A stretch of 64,000 nucleotides of DNA. Origin: Thermoplasmatota archaeon (lineage in GTDB: Archaea; Thermoplasmatota; E2; JACPAO01; JAHFTW01). A program made the position numbers and the translations under genes. Positions 1-10,744 of this stretch are shown here, one piece after another. The stretch is from the NCBI GenBank assembly GCA_041601615.1, contig JBFIHX010000002.1:128001-192000 (forward strand), in the 5' to 3' direction. The notes beneath the pieces are model-generated. The model saw only the letters and a list, made by a program, of their open reading frames with translations, made no database searches and was not told where the DNA came from. The first letter of the stretch is position 1; each line of letters opens with the position of its first letter.

Positions 1-182
1 GGCAAGAATGCAATAGCCACCACCCCCACTGCAATGGACCTCAGCAAATCGGCCCCGAACATGCCCGCATCGTACTTCGAGATTGACTCTGCCGACGTCC
101 CTGCAAAAACCGAGGCTACTGCCGAAAACGCCATCATCAGGCCAGAAAAGACAAACCAAAACCAACGAGGGACACAATCCAT
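1..182 (-). CDS. Hypothetical membrane protein, N-terminal part (runs off the window edge)
   Basis: Manual translation from ATG at 182: MDCVPRWFWFVFSGLMMAFSAVASVFAG...LLRSIAVGVVAIAFL, two hydrophobic segments, open to position 1. Not in the ORF track. Confidence 0.4.
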   Translation of the reverse strand, partial: MDCVPRWFWFVFSGLMMAFSAVASVFAGTSAESISKYDAGMFGADLLRSIAVGVVAIAFL

Positions 183-393
183 AGTCCCACGCAAGGCCAC
201 AATGGTTCCAAAAGATTCCGATGCTCGAATCGTCAAACAGCCCCACACATTGTAATTCAAGCAAAAAAGACCGAAATGCCCCGGGAGTCCAAGGCAGCGG
301 GAAGCTGATTTGTGCCATGAGGGCCACCAAGCCCGATACATTCACTCCAGTCCCCCACCTTCGTTGATATAGCAAATGAGCATCCGCGAGGCC

Positions 394-1479
394 ATGCGCT
401 CGATCATCCTGCTAGCCCTCGTGGCGATGTCCTTTGCCGGATGTGCCCAAACCGAGGATGCCGCCCCGCTCGACTCCGACCCCTCCCTCACCATCGGCGA
501 TCGGCCCGAGGAAACGTTTGGAAACGTCGAAACCGGTCCCGCCGTCGGCCCCGACCTCAACGCCACCACCGCCGCAGCCCCTCGGCTCGTGCCCGGAGAA
601 TGGTGGCGCGTGCAATTCGACTCCTACCTCTCCTCCGAAGTGGTGGAAGTGGTCCGAGTCGTAGCCCACGCGGACGAAGACGGCTACATCGTCGGCATGC
701 CCCACTCGGGCTGGCTCAAGGAGGCCATCAGCTTCCACTCGCCAGCATTCGGCGACGTAAGCCTCGATTTGTCCTACAACACCCACAACGAACGCTTTGA
801 GCCCGTGCGTTTCCCCATGGCAGTGGGAGACACGTGGGAAACAAGCTTTGCCACCCAACCCATGCGAGCAGAGGTAACGGCGGCAAACGACAAGACCGCA
901 ACCATCCACTTTGCACCGATCATCGAATCGGCGCCCACCGACCCCGTATTCGCGCTTCTTGGATTTGCAAGCGGCGGCACCATGGAATTGGTGTACGACG
1001 CCGAACAGCACGAGATTGTCCGCATGTCCAGCGACATCGGCACTTGGAGAGTTGTGGAGCACGGCTACGGCTACGAGGGATGGGTGACGGTGCCACGCGG
1101 CGAAGACACCGTCATTGACTACGGAACCTTTGGGCCCGTGTCCGAATCCCACAGTCCTGTGGCAAGGACCTTCGAAGTGGAGGGCGGTTTCAACCGCCTC
1201 ACCATGATGCACTTCGTCGGTAGCGCCGACAACATCCCGGGGACGTTCCGCATCCGCGACGTGGACCCCGAGGGAAATGAGTTCTTGACGGAAATGACCG
1301 GAACGGGCCTTTCCATTCAGTTCTACGAGAGCAATTCCCCCGACGGCACATGGACCGTGGAAGATCTAAACGGCGGCGTTGGGTTCACCTACAGCATGGG
1401 CATCGCGTACCACCAGTACGACATTCATCTTCCAAGCGGCAACCGACGCAGCGACCACAGCCACGGCGTCATTCGGTAG
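394..1479 (+). CDS. Secreted lipoprotein of unknown function
   Basis: MRSIILLALVAMSFAGC signal peptide with lipobox; acidic beta-rich body. Start trimmed from 376 to the second ATG. Confidence 0.8.
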   Translation: MRSIILLALVAMSFAGCAQTEDAAPLDSDPSLTIGDRPEETFGNVETGPAVGPDLNATTAAAPRLVPGEWWRVQFDSYLSSEVVEVVRVVAHADEDGYIVGMPHSGWLKEAISFHSPAFGDVSLDLSYNTHNERFEPVRFPMAVGDTWETSFATQPMRAEVTAANDKTATIHFAPIIESAPTDPVFALLGFASGGTMELVYDAEQHEIVRMSSDIGTWRVVEHGYGYEGWVTVPRGEDTVIDYGTFGPVSESHSPVARTFEVEGGFNRLTMMHFVGSADNIPGTFRIRDVDPEGNEFLTEMTGTGLSIQFYESNSPDGTWTVEDLNGGVGFTYSMGIAYHQYDIHLPSGNRRSDHSHGVIR

Positions 1480-1489
1480 GCAAGCTAGG

Positions 1490-1753
1490 TTATGCTGCGA
1501 TGGCGCCTGCGTCTTGGTCCAGGTACCAGTAGGTCTGGCGCGTGTCGCGCAGGCTGATTTTGTGGCCCAGCAAGCCTTCGTCTTCCAGGCGGCGCAGGGC
1601 GCTGTAGAGGGTGCGGCGCGGTAGGCCGGTCTCTTCCTGGAGTTGCTTGTTGGTCATCGGTTCGTGGTCTTCGAGGGTGCAGAGGACCTTCATGACGCTG
1701 TCCGGGGCTCCGGGAACGAGGCGGGCGGCGTCACAGGGCGTGGGGCCTTCCAT
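1490..1753 (-). CDS. Small winged-helix transcription regulator (TrmB/MarR-like)
   Basis: MTNKQLQEETGLPRRTLYSALRRLEDEGLL...DTRQTYWY wHTH pattern. Confidence 0.8.
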   Translation of the reverse strand: MEGPTPCDAARLVPGAPDSVMKVLCTLEDHEPMTNKQLQEETGLPRRTLYSALRRLEDEGLLGHKISLRDTRQTYWYLDQDAGAIAA

Positions 1754-1823
1754 AGTAAATGGTATACATCCTTAACCTATATTACTGCAATGCTTAAACC
1801 AAAGGTGCCCCCATAGGACCCCT

Positions 1824-2174
1824 GTGAGCCCAGGCTGCTGTCCTTTCGAGAACGCCTTCGACCTGCTCTCGAAGAGGCACGCCCTCTCCATTCTGTGGTT
1901 CCTATCCGAAGAGAGCCCGCGACGGTTCACCGCATTTCGACTGAGCCTCTCCATCAACCCTGTTACGTTGACCCAACGGCTTGGAGAATTGGAACGCGCC
2001 GGCGTGGTCGAGCGCTCCGAATTCCGCGAAACACCCCCCCGCGTCGAATACGCCTTGACCCCAAAGGGCCAAGATTTGCTGCCCCTGCTGCAACAGGCGT
2101 GCACCTGGGCTAAGCGCTGGCAACCCGTCGAAGCCACAAACAGCGTCCCAAGCGGCGTAGCAACACGCCCATAA
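1824..2174 (+). CDS. HxlR-family winged-helix regulator
   Basis: N-terminal CP, LTQRLGELERAGVVER, PPRVEYALTPKG signature; divergent from the 1490-1753 regulator. Confidence 0.85.
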   Translation: MSPGCCPFENAFDLLSKRHALSILWFLSEESPRRFTAFRLSLSINPVTLTQRLGELERAGVVERSEFRETPPRVEYALTPKGQDLLPLLQQACTWAKRWQPVEATNSVPSGVATRP

Positions 2175-2197
2175 CCCGGACGCTCCCTGCAAGCGCC

Positions 2198-3106
2198 GTG
2201 GCACGCATCCTGGTGGTCGGCGAACGCGCCGGAGTAGCCGGACGCACCCTCCTGGAGCGCCTTGTGCGGCGCCTGCGCAGCCTAGGCCAGGACGCCGCCC
2301 TATACGGCCAGACCGACGAAGGCCCCGCTCGCTCCGTTGCCGAATGCGACGGCATCGTGGCCGTCCTAGACACCGCCGGAGCCGAAACCGCAGCCGTGGT
2401 CGCCTATGCGCACGCAAAGGGCAAACCGGTCCTGGGCCTCGCCCTACCGGACGCCACCATTCCCAAATTCCTAGCCGACGCCGCAAGCCTACACCGAGGC
2501 GCGGATGAAGAGACATGGAGCGAAGCGCTTCCCGGATTCTGCGACAAAGTGCGCCCCTTTGCAGGCAGACTCGTTCGCGACCAGGTCCCGAAGCTCGTCA
2601 AGGAAGCCGGCTACGACTTGACATTCCGCCAACTCAGTGCGGACGACAAACCGCGCTTCTTGAAGCAGAAAATCGCAGCAGAGGCGCAGGAATTAGAGAA
2701 AGCCGACCTGGGCCGCGAAAAAGAGGAAGTCGCCGACGTCCTAGAAGCACTGGAAGCGTTCCTAGTGGCCCGTGGCTTCGACCGCGAGGACCTACGGCGC
2801 GTCAAGGACGCCAAGCGCAAGCGACGCGGCGCATTCGAGCAATGCTGGGTGGTCGAAGCAACCGTGCCCGCGCAAGCACCCAACCAAACTCCCGGCCCCG
2901 CAGACCCCGCCGAGGCGTCCCCCGTCAAGGCCACCAAGCCCTCCACTTCCCCCAACCCCTCTGCGGCTACCGGACCCGTCCCGGAGCCAGCCTTGGAGCC
3001 CGCTGGCATCGACTTTGAGTTTCCAGAAGAAGACGTAGTGCCCGAGGAAAACGTGGATTCCGTCGGCCCGAACAAAACCGTGCAAGCCAACTTCTTCGAA
3101 GTATGA
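2198..3106 (+). CDS. Fusion of a nucleoside 2-deoxyribosyltransferase-like domain and a MazG-like NTP pyrophosphohydrolase, with a disordered tail
   Basis: ECDGIVAVLD...YAHAKGKPVLGL (NDT-like), then RLVRDQVP...EAQEL...EEVADVLEAL...KRKRRGAF (all-alpha NTP-PPase); Pro/acidic C-terminal tail. Confidence 0.7.
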   Translation: MARILVVGERAGVAGRTLLERLVRRLRSLGQDAALYGQTDEGPARSVAECDGIVAVLDTAGAETAAVVAYAHAKGKPVLGLALPDATIPKFLADAASLHRGADEETWSEALPGFCDKVRPFAGRLVRDQVPKLVKEAGYDLTFRQLSADDKPRFLKQKIAAEAQELEKADLGREKEEVADVLEALEAFLVARGFDREDLRRVKDAKRKRRGAFEQCWVVEATVPAQAPNQTPGPADPAEASPVKATKPSTSPNPSAATGPVPEPALEPAGIDFEFPEEDVVPEENVDSVGPNKTVQANFFEV

Positions 3107-4098
3107 CGACGCCGCCCCGCGGGCCGCTCGGCCTGCCTTTGCCCCTCGTGCTTTCGCCCATGGTGGACGTCACCGACGCAGCGTTTCGTAGTGTTGCGGC
3201 CGAATGGGGCGCCGACATCACATGCAGCGAAATGGTCAGTTCCGCCGGCCTGCTGCACGGCAACGACAAAACCTGGAGCCTCGTGCAGCGCTGGCCCGGT
3301 GAATCCCCCTACGGCGTGCAAATCATGGGCGGCGACCCGGAGCACATGGCAGAGGCGGTGCGGCTCGTTTGCAACCGCGTCCAGCCCGATTTTGTGGATC
3401 TCAACTTGGGGTGTCCGAGTCCGAACATCCTACGCTCCTGCGCCGGCGGCTTCCTACTTCGTGACCCCCAACGTGCAGGCCGAGTCATTCAAGCCGCCGT
3501 AGACGCGGGCGACGAAACAGGGACACCTGTGTCGGTGAAGATGCGCGTGGGACCCGACTGGGACCGCCCAACATACCTCGAAGTGGGCCGAGAAGCGGAA
3601 GCAGCAGGCGCCGCGTGGTGCACCCTGCACGGACGCACCGTGGACCAAGGCTACAGCGGCACCGCGGACTGGAACACCATCCGACGCCTCGTAGATGCAC
3701 TATCGATTCCCGTGGTGGGCAACGGCGACCTTCGCGACCCCGACGACGTACTGCGCATGCGCGACGAAACCGGCTGCTCCGGGTTCTTCATCGCCCGCGC
3801 CGCCATGCACGACCCAACTGTGTTCGAGCGAATGCGGCAGGCCCTCGACAGCAAACCCGTGGCGCCAGCGCCGCCGCTCTCGGTGCGCCTGGATGCCCTC
3901 CGGACCTACCTGCAACGAACCGCCGAGCGGGGAGAAGTGCATCCTGCCGTCCTGAAGCGCCAAGCGACCCGATTCATCAGCGGAGCGCCCGGCGCCAAGG
4001 CAGTCCGACAAGCACTACACGAAGCAGGCTCCGTGCCGGATTTGATTGGCGTGCTGGAACGGCTGCTACTCGAAGTCGCGACGCTGGACCACGAGTAA
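3103..4098 (+). CDS. dus: tRNA-dihydrouridine synthase family protein
   Basis: LSPMVDVTD, DLNLGCP, VSVKMR, LHGRT, VGNGD motifs; ATGA overlap with the upstream gene. Confidence 0.9.
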   Translation: MTTPPRGPLGLPLPLVLSPMVDVTDAAFRSVAAEWGADITCSEMVSSAGLLHGNDKTWSLVQRWPGESPYGVQIMGGDPEHMAEAVRLVCNRVQPDFVDLNLGCPSPNILRSCAGGFLLRDPQRAGRVIQAAVDAGDETGTPVSVKMRVGPDWDRPTYLEVGREAEAAGAAWCTLHGRTVDQGYSGTADWNTIRRLVDALSIPVVGNGDLRDPDDVLRMRDETGCSGFFIARAAMHDPTVFERMRQALDSKPVAPAPPLSVRLDALRTYLQRTAERGEVHPAVLKRQATRFISGAPGAKAVRQALHEAGSVPDLIGVLERLLLEVATLDHE

Positions 4099-4965
4099 GG
4101 CGAGCCCCACGAATACGACGATGTGCGCCACGAGGGCAAGCGAAATGGCCACACCGTTGACATCCTGGCCGCCGCCCAGGAACCCGAATAGGTCCCCGCC
4201 GCCGCCCGGCACCAGCACACTGCTGGAACTTTTCATCAATTCACCGGGGCTCAGGTATTGGCTCCAGCCGATGCCAGCTTCCTCGTTGCTCATGGCGAAG
4301 GACCTGCTGCCGAATCGGAACAGGGCCACGAAGAAATCAAGCCGGGCCATGAGCGGGAAGAGGATGATCCAAGAAACCACCGCCAGGAGCATGCTGACAA
4401 CACTGCTTCGAGTGAGGGTGGAGTAGAACAAAGCCACTGCGCTGAAGGCCATCACGCCCAGCACGATGATACCGAGCGCTCCCAGGAACCTGCCGAAACC
4501 GGCGGCGGATCCGCTGCCAAACAACCCGAGCATCACGACGTAATCTAGGGCCAAGAGGACGCTGACAAAGACCGCGATGGACCCGGCGATTCCGAGGAAT
4601 TTTCCAAGCACGAACGCTTGCCGGGGCACCGGTTTGGACAGGAGCAAGAAGATTGTCCGGTTTTGCCATTCGCTACACACGGCATCCGCCGTGAGCAGAA
4701 TCGGCAAGAGTTGGATGAAGAAGAAGCCGGAGAGCAAAAACAGCCCTGACAAGAAAAACAGGAGAATGAAGTTGGCCGGCGGCAGCCCTGTGGTGCCGGT
4801 GAGATCTTGCAGTTCTTCGGCCGTTAGGAACCAGCTTGGAACGAAGATCGTCAGCAGCAATAAGCTCAGAATGAGCGCAATGCCGACGCCCATCAAGCGC
4901 TTGGTGCGCAGCAGTTGGAGCACTTCTTTGCGGGCGACCTCGTACGTGGCGCTGGCAAAGCTCAT
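4066..4965 (-). CDS. ABC-2 type transporter permease
   Basis: Multiple TM helices; E..NRTIFLLLSKPVPR..FVLGKF motif; coupled to the ATPase gene. Confidence 0.88.
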   Translation of the reverse strand: MSFASATYEVARKEVLQLLRTKRLMGVGIALILSLLLLTIFVPSWFLTAEELQDLTGTTGLPPANFILLFFLSGLFLLSGFFFIQLLPILLTADAVCSEWQNRTIFLLLSKPVPRQAFVLGKFLGIAGSIAVFVSVLLALDYVVMLGLFGSGSAAGFGRFLGALGIIVLGVMAFSAVALFYSTLTRSSVVSMLLAVVSWIILFPLMARLDFFVALFRFGSRSFAMSNEEAGIGWSQYLSPGELMKSSSSVLVPGGGGDLFGFLGGGQDVNGVAISLALVAHIVVFVGLALLVVQRRDFE

Positions 4966-5909
4966 GCGGCCACCTCCCGGGGGCGGGGTGTTGCGCCTCC
5001 GGTCAATTCCAGGAACACCGATTCCAAACTGGCCCCTGCCGATTCCACCGAGCGGACCCGGGCGCCGGCCCCCACGAGCGCCGCTACAGCGTCCGGCACC
5101 CGTTCGTCGTCGAGGCTGAAGCTTGCGATGTTGGCGTCCAATTTGATCGCGGTGGCGCCGGAGCTTTGGAGTGCAGCGTGGTGCTTTTGGGTTGGGTTGT
5201 CGATGTGTACTCGGACTTGAGCCCCGGCCCCTGCGCGCTTTCGCAGTTGGTCCACGGGGGCGACGATTTTCAGTTCGCCTTTGTCGAGGATTGCCACGCG
5301 CTTGCAGGTGGTTTCGACTTCGTGTAGTTGGTGGCTGTTGAGGAAGACCGCGGTGCCGTCGCGAGCGAGTCCTTTGATCATTTCGCGCAATTCGTAGGCA
5401 CCCTTGGGGTCGAGGCCGTTGGTGGGCTCGTCAAAGAAAATCAGTTTGGGCCTGTGCAGGATAGCTTGGCCGATGCAGATGCGTTGCTTCATGCCGTGGC
5501 TGTAGCCCTTCACACGGCTGTCGGCGCGGTCGCTCATACCGACGAGTCCGAGCACTTCTTCGATGCGGGCGCTGCGGTCTTCTCGCTCCATGCCGGCCAA
5601 TCGGCCGTAGAAGTCGAGGTGTTGGCGGCCGCTGAGGTTGCTGTAGAAGTCGTATTGGTCAGGCACGAGCCCGATGTGGCGGGCAGTCCCGGGAGGATCT
5701 GCAAGTGCATCCTGGCCAAGGAGGCGGACGGTGCCGGCGTCGGGGCGCACGAAGCCCGTGACGCATTTGGTGAAGGTGGTTTTCCCCGCGCCATTGGGGC
5801 CCAAAAATCCGAACACTTCTCCCGCCTCTACGGTGATGTCCACGCCCTTGAGGGCTTCGATATTCCCGTATCGTTTGCGCAGGCCATGGACTTCGAGGAC
5901 GTTCGCCAC
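4962..5909 (-). CDS. ABC transporter ATP-binding protein
   Basis: GPNGAGKTT Walker A, YSHGMKQR signature, FFDEPT Walker B. Start trimmed to GTG 5909 because the longer ORF overlaps tiaS. Confidence 0.9.
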   Translation of the reverse strand: MANVLEVHGLRKRYGNIEALKGVDITVEAGEVFGFLGPNGAGKTTFTKCVTGFVRPDAGTVRLLGQDALADPPGTARHIGLVPDQYDFYSNLSGRQHLDFYGRLAGMEREDRSARIEEVLGLVGMSDRADSRVKGYSHGMKQRICIGQAILHRPKLIFFDEPTNGLDPKGAYELREMIKGLARDGTAVFLNSHQLHEVETTCKRVAILDKGELKIVAPVDQLRKRAGAGAQVRVHIDNPTQKHHAALQSSGATAIKLDANIASFSLDDERVPDAVAALVGAGARVRSVESAGASLESVFLELTGGATPRPREVAA

Positions 5910-6000
5910 GCCGGACGCATCCACGGGCCCTCTTTTGGTTGCTTGGGCCGGGCTACTGCATCGCGGCACGCTCAAGCAGGGCAGCGGGCTCGCAGCGCCG

Positions 6001-7308
6001 ATGCGGGTCGCTTTCGATGACACGGACGACCCGGAGGGTGGTTGCACGACGCATGTGGTGTTTCGTGCCCTCTTGGCGGTGCCGGGGTTGGCGTTGCGGG
6101 GCCTGCCGCGCCTCGTGCGATTGAATCCGAATGTGCCCCACAAGACGCGAGGCAACGGTGCCGTGTGCTTTGATTTGTGCGTGCCTGAGGGCCCACAAGC
6201 GACGGTGGGTGAGTTGATGGGACATGAGTTGCGGGCGTTTCCTGATGGAGCCCCGGTGCCGGTTGCGCGTGCGGCGGAGGTGGCCGATGCGGTTTGGCAA
6301 GCGGTCCAGGCGGAGGCTCGGCCCGGTAGCGATGCTTGTGTTGTGGTGTTGCCCGAGGCGGCGCCGACGCAGCTGTACTGGGCGACGGTGCGGGGTCGTG
6401 TGGAAGTACGGGATGCATTTCGGGCGGCGGCGAGCGTTCCTGACGCCGAGGTGCGTGGATCGGGGCGCGGCATTGTGGGGGCGCTCGGGGCGGCGGCGTG
6501 GTTTGGGCCTCCATCCAGTTACGAATTCATTGCGTACCGGGTGCCAAACCGGCGCGGAACTCCTCGGGCCCTGGCGCCGGAGCCGTTCTTGTTGCTGGAC
6601 GGCATGGGTTCCACGTTCCATACGCTCGACGGCACGGAGGGGCGCCTGGCGTGCATTCCGAATACCCCCTGCCCGGTGCTGATTGGGCTTCGCGGCCTTG
6701 ACCCAGATCGATTGTCGAACGCGGCCAGGCGGGCGGTGTTCGCGGCAGCGAGTGAGCCGGTGGAAGGTTGGCTCTTGTGGGCCTCCAATCAAGCCAGTGG
6801 GGACCATGTCACTCCAGTCGAGCGCATCGCGGAGGCTCCCGAGTGGGGCACGGTGTGCGTTGCGGCGACCGTAGCGTCGGACCCTGTGGATCGGCGTGGC
6901 GGTCGCGTGGAAGTCGACCTCGTGGACCGAACCGGGCATCCGTTTGCGGCGGTTGCCTTCGAACCCACCAAGCGGTTCCGGAATGTCGTTCGGGCGTTGC
7001 GGTCGGGGGATGCCGTGGAGGTGACGGGCGCGTTGTCGGAGGACCATGTGCGGCTCGAAAAATTGGTCATTCAGCGCTTGTCGCATCCGGAGCTTAAGGT
7101 GGCCAATCCCACATGTCCCCGGTGCGGGCGGCACATGAAGAGCAAAGGGCGCTTCCATGGCTACCGTTGCCGCGAGGGCCACGGGGCGGCGCCTGAATCC
7201 GCGGCGGTGTACACCTCGGAGCTGCGGCGGGTGCGCGAAGGCGCCTACGAAGTTCCGGTGATGGCGCGGCGCCACTTGCATCAGCCCTTGGCCTTTGAAC
7301 ACTTGTAA
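6001..7308 (+). CDS. tiaS: tRNA(Ile2) 2-agmatinylcytidine synthetase
   Basis: DDTD..GGCTT, RLVRLNPNVPHKTRGNGA, PNTPCPVLIGLRG, SNQASGDH, FEPTK, C-terminal Zn ribbon CPRCG..MKSKG, RRHLHQP. Confidence 0.93.
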   Translation: MRVAFDDTDDPEGGCTTHVVFRALLAVPGLALRGLPRLVRLNPNVPHKTRGNGAVCFDLCVPEGPQATVGELMGHELRAFPDGAPVPVARAAEVADAVWQAVQAEARPGSDACVVVLPEAAPTQLYWATVRGRVEVRDAFRAAASVPDAEVRGSGRGIVGALGAAAWFGPPSSYEFIAYRVPNRRGTPRALAPEPFLLLDGMGSTFHTLDGTEGRLACIPNTPCPVLIGLRGLDPDRLSNAARRAVFAAASEPVEGWLLWASNQASGDHVTPVERIAEAPEWGTVCVAATVASDPVDRRGGRVEVDLVDRTGHPFAAVAFEPTKRFRNVVRALRSGDAVEVTGALSEDHVRLEKLVIQRLSHPELKVANPTCPRCGRHMKSKGRFHGYRCREGHGAAPESAAVYTSELRRVREGAYEVPVMARRHLHQPLAFEHL

Positions 7309-7420
7309 CTCCCGGGAATCAACGCCGGGTGGGAATCGAGTGGCGCGGGGGGAGACACGGGCCAGGATTGGAGGGGATGCGGCGGCATAGAGTTATGAGC
7401 CGTTTGAGGTCGACCCAATT

Positions 7421-8233
7421 GTGGCAAGTCCCGTCGTTTGGACCTTCCTGAGCGTCCTCGTCGTCAGCCTAGTCAGCCTCATCGGTGCATTGAGCTTGAC
7501 CTTTGGAGCGCTCAAGCGTCACGGCGTGATGATGTTCCTGATCGCCATGGCGGCCGGGACACTCCTTGGCGACGCGATGCTGCATCTTCTTCCCGAAGCG
7601 GCCGAAGTTGGCGGATTTACTCCCCGCATTGGCGGCTTCGTGCTCGGCGGCTTCCTGGTGATGTTTGGTATCGAGGTCGTGTTGCGACGCGGCCACAGCC
7701 ACGCCGAGGCAATCGAACCTGCTGAGCACCACCATGACGATGGCCACGGGCACGGCGCCGACAGCGACCACGTCCAGCCGTTCGGGTGGATCAATCTCGT
7801 AGGCGACGCGCTGCACAACCTCCTGGACGGCGTCATCATCGCGGCGGCGTTCTTGATCGACACCTCCGCCGGCATCGCCACAACCATTGCGGTGCTTGCC
7901 CACGAAGTGCCTCAGGAACTTGGCGACTTCGCGGTCTTGGTGCGAAGCGGCATGAGCCACAAGAAGGCCCTAGCCCTGAACCTAGCAAGTGCGCTTTGGG
8001 CGGTGGCAGGTGCCGTGGCGGTGCTTGCAGCAGGCCTTGACCCAGACACGCTCACGACCCTGGCGCTGCCTCTCATCGCGGGTGCATTCGTCTACATCGC
8101 GGCAGCTGATCTCGTGCCGGAACTGCACCACCACAACAAGGGCCGCGACGTGGCCGTGATTGTCACGGGACTATTGGTGGGTCTCCTATCCATGTGGTTG
8201 TTGCTGGGTTTGGAAGACGTGCTGCCGGCGTAG
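7421..8233 (+). CDS. ZIP-family metal transporter
   Basis: GDAMLHLLPEA, His-rich loop, DALHNLLDG, HEVPQELGDF. Confidence 0.93.
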   Translation: MASPVVWTFLSVLVVSLVSLIGALSLTFGALKRHGVMMFLIAMAAGTLLGDAMLHLLPEAAEVGGFTPRIGGFVLGGFLVMFGIEVVLRRGHSHAEAIEPAEHHHDDGHGHGADSDHVQPFGWINLVGDALHNLLDGVIIAAAFLIDTSAGIATTIAVLAHEVPQELGDFAVLVRSGMSHKKALALNLASALWAVAGAVAVLAAGLDPDTLTTLALPLIAGAFVYIAAADLVPELHHHNKGRDVAVIVTGLLVGLLSMWLLLGLEDVLPA

Positions 8234-8487
8234 CGCAGTGCGCCAGAACCCCCTGGCTGCCTGGGTGAGCGGTTCGTTCTGCATCACGTTCGTGCCAAGT
8301 CGCGTCAGTTCCAGGTTGAAGGCGGCGTCGCCTAGGTATCACCATGAGGGAGCGTCGAGCCCATGTGAAGCAAGACCGCCACGATGACGGCTCTGTGATT
8401 TCTTGCTCTGGGAATCAATGCAGACGGGCGGGTGCTCGCGGCGCGTGGCGTAGAATCAAGGCGCAATCTGGAGCCCGTTGGCGGGAC

Positions 8488-10521
8488 TCACATGCCCCAA
8501 AAGCGATCCACCTTGCGCTTGACCATCATCATCTCTTCGAGCACATCGCGCTCTTCCGGCTTGATCTGCCCCTCGTGCCAGAGCCACTTCGCGTCGCCGG
8601 CGGGGATGTCCATGTACAGCACATCGCCCTCCTTGATCTGGCGACCGATGGTGGGGCCAGGAACACTGATGGCCACTTCATCGCCCATTTTGGCAATGTG
8701 TGCCGTGTGGTTGTCCTTCTGGATGCTGCGGATGCGCCCCACGTCCTGGCCGTCTTGGCGAATCAAAACGCGGCCGTTGTGCAGTTCGCCTGCAAGCACG
8801 CGCACGCCAAACACGGCGGGGTCGCGCTGGCGGAACGAACAGCCATCCAGGAACAAGACCTTGCACGGGTGGACACGGGTCTGGCGCTGCTTGGCCTCGA
8901 TTTCCGCCTTTTTCTTGGCCAGCCAATCCTGGTAGTCTTCCACGAGCGAGTAGATGACCTTGTCCGCAAACACGGGCAGCTCCTTGTCTGCCGCCTCCGC
9001 CTCCACGCCGGGCAGCATTTTGACACTGAAGCCAAGTAGGACTCGGTACAGGGGATCCGTCATGGCAGACGCTTCCATCACATCGCGGCGGCTGATATCT
9101 CCGACGCGTGCGTTGCGAATGGGAATCCCGAGGGCTCCTAGCTCTCCCGCGAGCGCTTCGAGGCTTCCGATGGTGTCCGCCTTGACGTAGACACCGTGGT
9201 CCTTGAGCGGGATGTTGATCTGGCTTGCTTTCTCCACGGCCTCCCAGGCTTCGTCGTCGTTGCCGTCACGAAGCACCCGCATCGGTGCCCCTGACACCAC
9301 GTCTTCTACGTCGGTGCACACAAGCTTGATGCCGGCCGCCGCAACCACTTCGTCCACGTCATCAAACGCCTTGCGTGCGTCGCGCATATCGTCGTTGGGC
9401 GAAGGCTTGAGAAGGGCTCGAATGGAGCGCTCGATTGGTTCGCCTTGGGTTCCGAGGAGGATGCGATCGTCCTTGCGGATGCTGCCAGCGTACAGCACAA
9501 GGTCCAAGGTTTGGCCGAGGCCCTTGTCTTCCTTGACCTCCAGGATCGTGCCTTCGCCGGGCATGTCTGAGTCACTGACCAAGCGTTCTTCGAGGAACTT
9601 TTGCGCAAGGCCCACCAGCATCGCCAGCAAGTCCTGGATGCCCTCGCCGCTTGTGGCACAGGTGGGCACGATGGCAATTTGCTTGGTGAAATTTCCAACG
9701 CGGTCGTAGCGCTCCGAAGGGAGGCCCTGGTCGTACAGCGCACCGATGAGTTGGTAGAACTTCTCGTCGAAGCGACCAAGGACCTCCGCGCTCTGGTTCT
9801 TGACATTGTGAATGAAGGGCTTGTCGGCCGTTTTCCATCCCTGAATGCGGTCCACCTTGTTGGCGGCGACGATGAAGGGCGTCTTGGCGCGCTTGAGAAT
9901 GTTGATGCTCTCGATGGTTTGCGGCTTGAAGCCCTCGTTGAGGTCAACCACCAGCACCGCGATGTCGGCCAATTGCCCACCGCGGCCCCGCAGGCTGCTG
10001 AAGGCATGGTGACCAGGGGTGTCGATGCAGAGAAGGCCAGGAACGCCGAAGTTCTTGTTGGCAAGCAAGACACCCGCGCGCTCCATGATGGTTGCCATCG
10101 GCACTTCACTGGCGCCGATGTGCTGGGTGATGGCTCCGGCTTCGCGAGAGAACACCTTCGAGCCACGGATGCGATCCAGAATGCTGGTTTTGCCGTGGTC
10201 CACATGGCCAAGGACACTGACGATGGGATGCCGCTGGTAGTGGGTGTCGCTTTTGGCTTGCAGCGAAGAGAGCGTCTTGTGTGCGTCGCCTTCGGTCGCT
10301 TTCATCGCCTCGGCTTTAACCTTCTCCAGGGTCTCCTTGCTGACCTGGATCGTCTGGTCGGCGCGGGCTTCGCTGCGGCGCTTCTTTTCTTCGAGAGTGA
10401 GTTCTTCCGGCTCTGGCTCGACCGCTTCCTCGGGCTCCTCAACAAGGTCTCCGAACTCTGCCTCCAGCTCGGCGGCTAGTTCGTCGGCGAGAATTTCCTC
10501 GTCGGTGCGGTCGTCCATCAT
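8488..10521 (-). CDS. infB: Translation initiation factor aIF5B/IF-2 with an acidic N-terminal extension
   Basis: [56 protein letters not shown]. Confidence 0.96.
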   Translation of the reverse strand: MMDDRTDEEILADELAAELEAEFGDLVEEPEEAVEPEPEELTLEEKKRRSEARADQTIQVSKETLEKVKAEAMKATEGDAHKTLSSLQAKSDTHYQRHPIVSVLGHVDHGKTSILDRIRGSKVFSREAGAITQHIGASEVPMATIMERAGVLLANKNFGVPGLLCIDTPGHHAFSSLRGRGGQLADIAVLVVDLNEGFKPQTIESINILKRAKTPFIVAANKVDRIQGWKTADKPFIHNVKNQSAEVLGRFDEKFYQLIGALYDQGLPSERYDRVGNFTKQIAIVPTCATSGEGIQDLLAMLVGLAQKFLEERLVSDSDMPGEGTILEVKEDKGLGQTLDLVLYAGSIRKDDRILLGTQGEPIERSIRALLKPSPNDDMRDARKAFDDVDEVVAAAGIKLVCTDVEDVVSGAPMRVLRDGNDDEAWEAVEKASQINIPLKDHGVYVKADTIGSLEALAGELGALGIPIRNARVGDISRRDVMEASAMTDPLYRVLLGFSVKMLPGVEAEAADKELPVFADKVIYSLVEDYQDWLAKKKAEIEAKQRQTRVHPCKVLFLDGCSFRQRDPAVFGVRVLAGELHNGRVLIRQDGQDVGRIRSIQKDNHTAHIAKMGDEVAISVPGPTIGRQIKEGDVLYMDIPAGDAKWLWHEGQIKPEERDVLEEMMMVKRKVDRFWGM

Positions 10522-10744
10522 CGAAGCGGCCCACTGAGGGCGGCTACATGGGGCTTGTGGGGCGTTGGCGCGTGCCGGGGGGCGGGACTGGCCCGGGAGC
10601 GCGGTTTGGGAGGCGCGGAATCCGTTGGGTGCGGGTCTGGAAGACGGGTTCCATGCCGAGTCGGGCGCGGGGGGAGAGCACTTGTCTCATCGAATCAGAG
10701 GAACCGCTGCCGGGCTTGGAGGCTCTGCCAAGAGGATAGCGAAA

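Noticed and set aside
5910-6473. N-terminal extensions of the ABC ATPase and tiaS ORFs (also icd, FEN1-like, CDF, DHS-like and the second LOX-like gene)
   Set aside because: Upstream in-frame openness expected in GC-rich DNA; conserved domains begin at the trimmed starts.
8234-8487. Possible gene fragment between the ZIP transporter and infB
   Set aside because: Only short interrupted frames with no recognisable motif; it is not rps6e.
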